Made by a program: the position numbers and the translations under genes. A DNA stretch of 64,000 nt, from positions 82,720 to 146,719 of the forward strand of contig JAFWNQ010000013.1 of NCBI GenBank assembly GCA_017510245.1. The letters are read 5' to 3'. The stretch comes from Clostridia bacterium (lineage in GTDB: Bacteria > Bacillota > Clostridia > TANB77 > CAG-508). The notes below the pieces were generated by a model. The model was given only the letters and a program-made list of their open reading frames with translations. It was not told where the DNA came from and did no database searches. Shown piece by piece: positions 39,553 to 46,073 of this stretch. Every line of letters begins with the position of its first letter. Positions within the stretch are counted from its first letter, which is position 1.

Positions 39553-39581
39553 ATTATACCACATTATGTAAAATAAAGCAA
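39553..39581 (-). promoter_or_regulatory. promoter of module C
   Basis: On the minus strand: TTGCTT, 17 nt, TATAAT preceded by TG. Confidence 0.5.
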
Positions 39582-39640
39582 ATATTTACTTAATTATTGA
39601 TATTTAAAAATTATTATGCTAAAATAATCATATATTAAAT

Positions 39641-39716
39641 GCCAATATAGCTCAGTTGGTAGAGCAACGGATTCGTAACCCGTAGGTCAGCAGTTCGATT
39701 CTGCTTATTGGCTCCA
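39641..39716 (+). tRNA. tRNA-Thr (anticodon CGT)
   Basis: GCCAATA / GCTC-AGTTGGTA-GAGC / ACGGA-TTCGTAA-CCCGT / AGCAG-TTCGATT-CTGCT / TATTGGC-T-CCA. Confidence 0.9.
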
Positions 39717-39723
39717 AATTTAT

Positions 39724-39797
39724 GCAGATGTAGTTCATCGGTAGAATGTGGCCTTCCCAAGGCTAAGAGGTGGGTTCGATTCCCATCATCTGCTCCA
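39724..39797 (+). tRNA. tRNA-Gly (anticodon CCC), copy 1
   Basis: GCAGATG / TGGCC-TTCCCAA-GGCTA / GTGGG-TTCGATT-CCCAT / CATCTGC-T-CCA. The U73 discriminator is typical of Gly. Confidence 0.9.
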
Positions 39798-39811
39798 TAA
39801 GAAAATATTCG

Positions 39812-39841
39812 AACTCTAGTGTAATTGCTAGAGTTTTTTTA
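39812..39841 (+). terminator. terminator of the tRNA pair
   Basis: AACTCTAG pairs with CTAGAGTT, followed by a T run. Confidence 0.7.
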
Positions 39842-39920
39842 TTAGTTTGTTGAAAAACTAAATACTGAAAAGATATATAAATAATATTATACTTGTAAAA
39901 TATACCCCCATAACAAACTC

Positions 39921-39965
39921 CAAAAAAATATTGCAATTTTTAAAAATTTTTGTAATAATAGAAAT
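39921..39965 (+). promoter_or_regulatory. cassette promoter block P1
   Basis: caaaaaaatattgcaatttttaaaaatttttgtaataatagaaat. TTGCAA, 17 nt, TGt-AATAAT. Repeated at 42570 and 45957. Confidence 0.6.
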
Positions 39966-40105
39966 CGAAGATATTTATTAAGAGTTTTATTTTAATATTT
40001 TAAATAGTAAAAATGAGTATTTAAAGCTAATAAATGTTACAAAAGAAATCTATTCTAAAAATATGGAATAGTCAAATGAACTAATGAAAGGGGAAGTTTA
40101 TATTT

Positions 40106-41666
40106 ATGAAAAATTTTGAGAAAAAAGAGATCAAAACTAGTAAAGGTATTACTTTGATAGCCCTTGTTGTTACTATAATAGTTCTTTTAGTTTTAGCTGG
40201 AATATCAATTAATATAGCAATGGGAAGTAATGGATTAATACAACGAGCCAGAGATTCTAAAATTGAAAATGAAAAAGGGCGAGAAAAGGAAATTATTGCA
40301 TTTGCTTATGATTCTGCATTAATTAAAAAAACAAGTAATGGTGATTCAACAGCTGTAACAGTAGAAGATTTAAATATTGAATTAGCAAATCAAGGAGCAA
40401 CAGCTGATGGAAGTAGCCCAATTAAAGTTACATTTACAGCATCTAAACGACAATATAATATAAATAATGGAATAGTAGATTATGCTGGAATAAAAACGGA
40501 TAATCCAGCGGGAGATGGACTAGAAGGCTTATCTAGTGCAGAAGTAGCATTACTTCCAACAGGAGTTACAGAAAAAGCAATAGAAAAAATATCAAATGAT
40601 AACTTAAAAGATGCTACGAAAATAAAAGCTGTAATTACAGATAGTGATAATGGAGAAGTACCAATTCCAAAAGGTGCTAGTTATAAAGAAGGAAGTGAAT
40701 CATCAGGCGTAGTAATTGAATATAAAGGAAGTCAATTTGTATGGGTTCCAATAGATGGTAATTTAACAGTAAAAGGAACTAACAAATTAATGGCAAAAGA
40801 ATCAACAGGAGATTATGCAGGAACAACTAATGGACTAACTAATTATGATGGAATGCTATATGATTTTGTAAATATAAATTCTACATTTGATCCAAGGACA
40901 GGACCATCAACTACCATTACAGTGTTAGATGAACCTCAGCCTATATCAAGAACTCAAAGCGAAAATTATAGTGCATGGTCAATAGAACCTGATTTATTAG
41001 AATCGTATGATACGGACGATCTAGATAAAATAAAAACGGAATTTTACTATAAAACGGGTGATGCAAGCGTAGAAAATTTAACACAGACATATATAGAATC
41101 AATAGGATATTCAACAACTACTCTCTGGAAAAACGAATTACAAGGTAGTTATAATGCTATGATAGACAGTGTAAAAAAGTATGGTGGATTCTATGTTGGA
41201 AGATATGAAAGTAGTATAAGTGGAACAACAGTAGCATCAATATCAGGTGTAACACCAATGAGCAATATAAATTGGTATCAAATGTATAAAAAACAAAAAG
41301 ATTTTTCAGGAAATGGAACAGATACTTTACAGTCAAATATGATATGGGGAAGCCAATATGATGCTATGCTTAATTGGATGTTAACGGGTTCAGATGCAGA
41401 AAAGATAAATTTATCATCAAATGATAATACTAGCACAACAAATACTGGAGCAACAGAAACAGATATACTAAATAATATATATGATTTAAAAGGCAATTAC
41501 ATTGAATTTACAGCGGAAGCAAGAAATAGTGGTGCTACGGCTACCCCAACAATGAGGAGTGTTAGACGGCAAAAATTATGCTCTTGCTGGATATCGTGAC
41601 TGTTTGGAACCTGATTACAATGGTTATAGTGATTGTTCATCTAGGATGGCATTGTATATTAATTGA
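40106..41666 (+). pseudogene. cassette gene 1: pseudopilin-like leader + FGE-sulfatase/C-type-lectin-like ectodomain, +1 frameshift near the 3' end
   Basis: SKGITLIALVVTIIVLLVLAGISI leader; GGFYVGRYE ... NNIYDLKGNYIEFT blocks. The track ORF ends at 41599. A second frame (41556-41666) encodes ..YALAGYRDCLEPDYNGYSDCSSRMALYIN, homologous to the remnant at 42240-42461. Confidence 0.7.
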
Positions 41667-41701
41667 ATATTCACTAAAAAAGATAGTGTAAAATAAATTG
41701 C

Positions 41702-41745
41702 AGGGTATTAAGAGATTTTTAATACCCTCAACTATTGTTTTTATC
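41702..41745 (+). terminator. probable terminator of cassette gene 1
   Basis: AGGGTATTAA pairs with TTAATACCCT. The downstream T run is weak. Confidence 0.5.
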
Positions 41746-42095
41746 ATTTATTATAAAAAAAATTAAAAATTACACACTATTGACAAAGTCGTTTAATCTC
41801 GTTATAGAAAAGTTTCTTCTACCTACCTGCTATTTTTCAAAATCCCATTCTTTTTCTCTATCTTCTCTTTTCACTTGCTTTTCAACATCTTACAAAATAT
41901 AGCTTTCTCTTTCAAAATCTATAACTAAATTTTTTCATCTGTAATATCAAATTAATTTTACAAACTTAAAATTTTCCTTGACAAAACAATAATAATTATG
42001 TTAAGCTGAAAGCAATAAATCGAGTTATATAAGAGATCTTGAAACAAAGTATGTCATTTTTTCGCATACCTGTTTCAAAATCGCTCCAATTTTAT

Positions 42096-42169
42096 GCAGA
42101 TGTAGTTCATCGGTAGAATGTGGCCTTCCCAAGGCTAAGAGGTGGGTTCGATTCCTATCATCTGCTCCA
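42096..42169 (+). tRNA. tRNA-Gly (anticodon CCC), copy 2 (one T-stem C-to-T change giving a G-U pair)
   Basis: Identical to copy 1 except for 1 nt within the tRNA. The duplication also includes GCTCCAA.TTTA upstream. Confidence 0.8.
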
Positions 42170-42171
42170 AA

Positions 42172-42461
42172 AGAAAGAACTCAAGAAACTCGGAGAGAAA
42201 CTTGTAGGGAAACTCGGGGACGTCCATCAAAATTCCCATGAAGCAATAAAAACTGGAGAATATGAGCAAACAAAATCAAATAATATATATGATTTAGCGG
42301 GAAATTTAGCAGAATGGACTACAGAATCTTGTAATGACACATTAAGGACTTTAAGAGGATCTGAATTTGGTGAAGGTGGATATGGTGTTGATAATCGTGC
42401 TGAAGAACAAACTTCTTATGATGGAGATATTACAGGTTTTCGACTTGCATTATATTTGTAA
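42172..42461 (+). pseudogene. orphan 3' remnant of an FGE/C-type-lectin-like cassette gene
   Basis: ..SNNIYDLAGNLAEWTTESCNDTLRTLRGSEFGEGGYGVDNRAEEQTSYDGDITGFRLALYL aligns with the C-terminus of gene 1. There is no leader, promoter or RBS. The track ORF start lies inside the tRNA. Confidence 0.6.
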
Positions 42462-42569
42462 TTCAGAAATAGATTAGTATATAGAGATGGGAATACCATC
42501 TCTTATTATTGTAAATATAACTCATTTTCTTTATCCCAAAGTCCAATTAAGTAATTCCTAAATAATAGT

Positions 42570-42614
42570 CAAAAAACTATTGCATTTTTATAAAACTTTT
42601 GTAATAATAGAAAA
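42570..42614 (+). promoter_or_regulatory. cassette promoter block P2
   Basis: caaaaaactattgcatttttataaaacttttgtaataatagaaaa. TTGCAT, 17 nt, TGt-AATAAT. Confidence 0.6.
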
Positions 42615-42748
42615 TGAATATATATTAATAGCTTAGTTTAAATATCCCAAATACAAAAATTAGTAATTAAAAACAATAAATATTACTTAAGAAGTATTCT
42701 ACGAAAATACTAAATACTAAAATGTACTAAAGAAAGGAAAAAATTACT

Positions 42749-44095
42749 ATGAAAAATATATTTATAAATGTTCAAAAATCAAGTAAAGGTATCACTCTGA
42801 TAGCCATGGTTGTTACAATAATAGTTTTACTAATCTTAGCAGGAATAAGTATTACAATGACTATAGGGGAAAATGGATTAATAACAAAAGCAGGAGGAGG
42901 ATCAAAGAGTATAAAATATGCAACATATAAAGAAGAAGTAGACTTATATTTTCAAGGTGAATTCACAAAAAGCAAAGGTAATAGTGACGCTTATAATGTA
43001 TCTATAACAGATAAAACAAAATTAAAAGAAATAATGCCAAAAGCTACAGATACAGATTTAGATAAACTATTAATTCAAAATGGAAAACTAGTATATGATC
43101 CAGAAAAAGTTGACAATTCAGAAAAAGAATTAATGGAAAGGATAGGAATATTATCAATGACTCTTAGAGCTACGATAGTATTTATAGTAAATGGACAAGA
43201 GTATGCTAGAATACAATCTGATAAAATAGAATTTCCAGAGCTTATACCAGAATCAACTTCTGATGGATATACTTTTATAGGCTGGTATTATGATCAAGAA
43301 GCTATCTATCCTTTTATTAATAGAGCAGATATCCTAAACAATATTTCTGGAGGATATATGGATGCGTCAGTACATGAACAAAACAAAGCATATGAGGGTG
43401 ATGATATTGATGAAAATGAAATAACTCTTTATGCAACTTTTAGAGGAAATTCAGCTCTAAATACTTGTTTAGCTAAAGGAACCAAGGTTACACTTGCAGA
43501 TAAATCAAAAAAGAATATAGAAGATATAACTTATGAAGATAGATTACTTGTATGGAATTTTGATGAAGGAAAAATTGATAATGCAGAGCCGGTATGGATT
43601 ATGAAGAAAGAACAAGCAAATAAATATTTGCAATTTAAATTTGAAAATGGTATGGAATTAAAACTTACTATACATAGAATATTTAATGTTGATAAGCAAA
43701 TATTCGCAAATGCAGATATGGATGAAGAAATGCCAATTGGAACAACAGTATTTTTAGAAGATGGAACAACAACAAAATTAATTGAAAAGAATGAAATAGA
43801 AGAAGTTATAGATGTTTATAATGTTATGACAAAAGAGCATATTAATCTATTTGCAGAAGGAATTTTAACATCATTAAGATTTAATGAACTATACGATATT
43901 AAAAATATGAAATTTATAAAAGATAATAGGGAACTAAATGAAAGAGAAAAATATGAAAATATACCAGATAACTATTTCTATGGTTTAAGACTTGCAGAAC
44001 AAAAAAATACCTTAACAGAAGATGGTAATATTTGGTGGGAAGATAGAGTAATCAATGTATTAATGAAGAATGAAAGATATTCAAATGCTAGCTAA
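42749..44095 (+). CDS. cassette gene 2: pseudopilin-like leader + Listeria-Bacteroides-type B-repeat + Hint (hedgehog/intein-like) module + 73-aa tail
   Basis: SSKGITLIAMVVTIIVLLILAGISI; GYTFIGWYYDQ..ITLYATF; C240-LAKGTKVTLADKSKKNIEDITYEDRLLVW ... VIDVYNVMTKEHINLFAEGILTS. Confidence 0.8.
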   Translation: MKNIFINVQKSSKGITLIAMVVTIIVLLILAGISITMTIGENGLITKAGGGSKSIKYATYKEEVDLYFQGEFTKSKGNSDAYNVSITDKTKLKEIMPKATDTDLDKLLIQNGKLVYDPEKVDNSEKELMERIGILSMTLRATIVFIVNGQEYARIQSDKIEFPELIPESTSDGYTFIGWYYDQEAIYPFINRADILNNISGGYMDASVHEQNKAYEGDDIDENEITLYATFRGNSALNTCLAKGTKVTLADKSKKNIEDITYEDRLLVWNFDEGKIDNAEPVWIMKKEQANKYLQFKFENGMELKLTIHRIFNVDKQIFANADMDEEMPIGTTVFLEDGTTTKLIEKNEIEEVIDVYNVMTKEHINLFAEGILTSLRFNELYDIKNMKFIKDNRELNEREKYENIPDNYFYGLRLAEQKNTLTEDGNIWWEDRVINVLMKNERYSNAS

Positions 44096-44135
44096 AAAAG
44101 CATTTATAAACAAAAAGTATATGTAGGAGAAAACT

Positions 44136-44909
44136 GTGAATGTAAAAGAAAATCTTAGAATTTCAATTACATCATTATGTAATATGCAATGCAGATATTG
44201 CCATAATGAGGGAAACATTGAAGAATCAATACTCACAAAAAATCAAATAAAAAAGATTATTGATAGCTTAGATGGACATGAAATTGCATCAGTAAGACTT
44301 ACTGGAGGTGAGCCACTTATATCTCCAGAAATTGAAGATATATGTGAATTGCTAGCCATACAATATGGAATAAATGTTGAAATAAATACTAATGGTATAG
44401 AGATAGATAAACTTTTAAAATTAATCAATAGAGGCTGGGTAAAAGGGGTAGTAATTGGAATTGATTTATTTGATGCAGATATATCAAAAAGTTCGCCAAT
44501 TGGACAAAGCTCAAAAACTATAAAAGAAAATATTTTAAGAATTAAACAAACTGATTGCAATGTATATATTGATATGGTATACAATGGGGATAATAATAAT
44601 GCTGAAAAAATGATTAGATGGGCTATTAATAACGACATTGAAATAAGAATTCTTGAGATGGTAAGTAGACACATTGATAAATTATATGTTAAAAAGTTTA
44701 ATGAGTTACAAAGTATAATTTCAAATAAAATTGAACTTAATTGGTATATTGATAGAGAATTACACGAATTAAAAGGAACTATGAATGGAAAAACTTTAGT
44801 AATATTTTATAATTCATTATGCAGATTACAATTATGCAACTTGTGCAAAAAAATACAAATTAGAATTACAAGCAATGGTACTTTTAGACCATGTATAATG
44901 AACTTTTAA
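44136..44909 (+). CDS. MoaA-family radical SAM protein lacking the MoaA C-terminal tail
   Basis: GTG start 6 nt after AGGAG. LRISITSLCNMQCRYCHNEG, VRLTGGEPL, NTNG, IEIRILEM, CNLCKKIQIRITSNGTFRPCI. The ORF ends 4 codons later. Confidence 0.85.
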   Translation: MNVKENLRISITSLCNMQCRYCHNEGNIEESILTKNQIKKIIDSLDGHEIASVRLTGGEPLISPEIEDICELLAIQYGINVEINTNGIEIDKLLKLINRGWVKGVVIGIDLFDADISKSSPIGQSSKTIKENILRIKQTDCNVYIDMVYNGDNNNAEKMIRWAINNDIEIRILEMVSRHIDKLYVKKFNELQSIISNKIELNWYIDRELHELKGTMNGKTLVIFYNSLCRLQLCNLCKKIQIRITSNGTFRPCIMNF

Positions 44910-44912
44910 GAA

Positions 44913-44930
44913 CTTAGGGACGTCCCTAAG
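44913..44930. terminator. GC-rich 18-bp perfect palindrome / hairpin after the radical SAM gene
   Basis: CTTAGGGACGTCCCTAAG; the downstream region is T-rich. Confidence 0.5.
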
Positions 44931-44961
44931 TCTAAAAGTCTAAGTTTTTCTGGTAAAAATG

Positions 44962-44990
44962 TTGTGGTCTACATAATTTCGTGATATAAT
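44962..44990 (+). promoter_or_regulatory. promoter of GC-rich module D
   Basis: TTGTGG, 17 nt, TGa-TATAAT (44985-44990). Confidence 0.5.
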
Positions 44991-45109
44991 AATATAAGTG
45001 TTACTTTGTTAAAACTAATTATGCGATATGAGGAGAGTGAAAACATCATGTGATAGCATCAAATGAAACATTTTTAGGACTAATGTTAGACGACTACTAA
45101 GGAGCTATT

Positions 45110-45853
45110 GTGAAGAAGAGCATTGGTTTTCTGATAATAATAATCTGCATGTTTGCTATTTTAGGGGTTACAGCATGTGGATCAACTGCACAGGTTGAGA
45201 AAGAATCTGAAAACAGTCAAGAAGATTCACCGACCTGGGTGACAGAACTTGCAGAGGCAGAGAATGCAGAGCAGGTATTTGTGATAGCAGGTGTGGGAGA
45301 CACAACTGCTTACGTCTCAATGCATGAACGCACTTCTGATGGAAATTGGAAGACGATTATGACCACGCCTGGATATATTGGCAAAAAAGGTCTAGGTAAG
45401 ACGAAAGAAGGAGACGCAAAGACTCCGGTTGGTACATATCACTTTACTAGAGCTTTTGGAATTGCTCCAGATCCTGGATGCACTGATTTCGACTACAAAC
45501 AAGTAAGTGATGACGATTGGTGGTCAGGAGATTCAAACTACCATTATAACGAGATGGTAGATATTAAGGATTATCCGGAACTTAGCCAAGATGACAGTGA
45601 GCATATAGTCGATTATACTTATCAATACCAGTATTGCTTGAACATTAGCTATAACGAAGATGGTGAGGCGGGAAAGGGCTCTGCAATTTTCTTGCATTGC
45701 TTTGGTCCTTATAAACCTTATACTGGTGGGTGTGTTTCGATTCCTAGAGCTGAAATGGAAACGGTTTTGAAAAACGTCAGAAAGGATTGTATTGTAATTA
45801 TCGATTCTCTTGAAAATCTCAGTCCTGAAACATGGGAGGAATGGGATTTGTAG
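45110..45853 (+). CDS. lipoprotein with L,D-transpeptidase-like (YkuD-fold) domain (GC-rich module D)
   Basis: Lipobox ILGVTAC; GKGSAIFLHCFGPYKPYTGGCVSIP catalytic-type motif. GTG start after AAGGAG. 47% G+C in a hand-counted 100-nt sample. Confidence 0.85.
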   Translation: MKKSIGFLIIIICMFAILGVTACGSTAQVEKESENSQEDSPTWVTELAEAENAEQVFVIAGVGDTTAYVSMHERTSDGNWKTIMTTPGYIGKKGLGKTKEGDAKTPVGTYHFTRAFGIAPDPGCTDFDYKQVSDDDWWSGDSNYHYNEMVDIKDYPELSQDDSEHIVDYTYQYQYCLNISYNEDGEAGKGSAIFLHCFGPYKPYTGGCVSIPRAEMETVLKNVRKDCIVIIDSLENLSPETWEEWDL

Positions 45854-45865
45854 GATATCACTTAG

Positions 45866-45965
45866 TCGTTAAGCATTTTTACCGAGAAGTAGGAGCTATA
45901 TTTAGCTCCCACTTCTCGGTATTTATATTATATAATAAGACAAATATTGTAACTTCAAAAAAACT
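45866..45965. repeat. ~98-nt direct repeat, copy A (contains the terminator hairpin)
   Basis: tcgttaagcatttttaccgagaagtaggagctatatttagctcccacttctcggtatttatattatataataagacaaatattgtaacttcaaaaaaacta. Confidence 0.9.
45881..45920 (+). terminator. intrinsic terminator of module D
   Basis: ACCGAGAAGTAGGAGCT pairs with AGCTCCCACTTCTCGGT (one mismatch), followed by T-rich sequence. Confidence 0.75.
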
Positions 45966-46001
45966 ATTGCAATTATTATAGATTTTTGTAATAATAGAAA
46001 T
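45957..46001 (+). promoter_or_regulatory. cassette promoter block P3
   Basis: caaaaaaactattgcaattattatagatttttgtaataatagaaat. TTGCAA, 17 nt, TGt-AATAAT. Confidence 0.6.
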
Positions 46002-46073
46002 TGAAAAAGTATATTAAGATTTTTGAACGATTGAATATGACAAGCAAAAGTATAAAAAATGGAGAATCTGTAA

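Noticed and set aside
41746-42095. ~350-nt non-coding pyrimidine-rich stretch before tRNA-Gly copy 2, considered as a large tRNA-associated ncRNA (ROOL/GOLLD-like) or a decayed gene
   Set aside because: It is AT-rich with little stable pairing apart from one imperfect hairpin (TTGAAACA..GTATG / CATACCTGTTTCAA). Stops are frequent in all six frames. I cannot recognise any family by eye. An Infernal scan would be needed.
42120-42461. 113-aa ORF from the track treated as an intact gene
   Set aside because: Its first ~17 codons are the body of tRNA-Gly copy 2, and there is no RBS. Only the 3' ~70 codons show homology (FGE/lectin-like C-terminus). I annotated it as a remnant instead.
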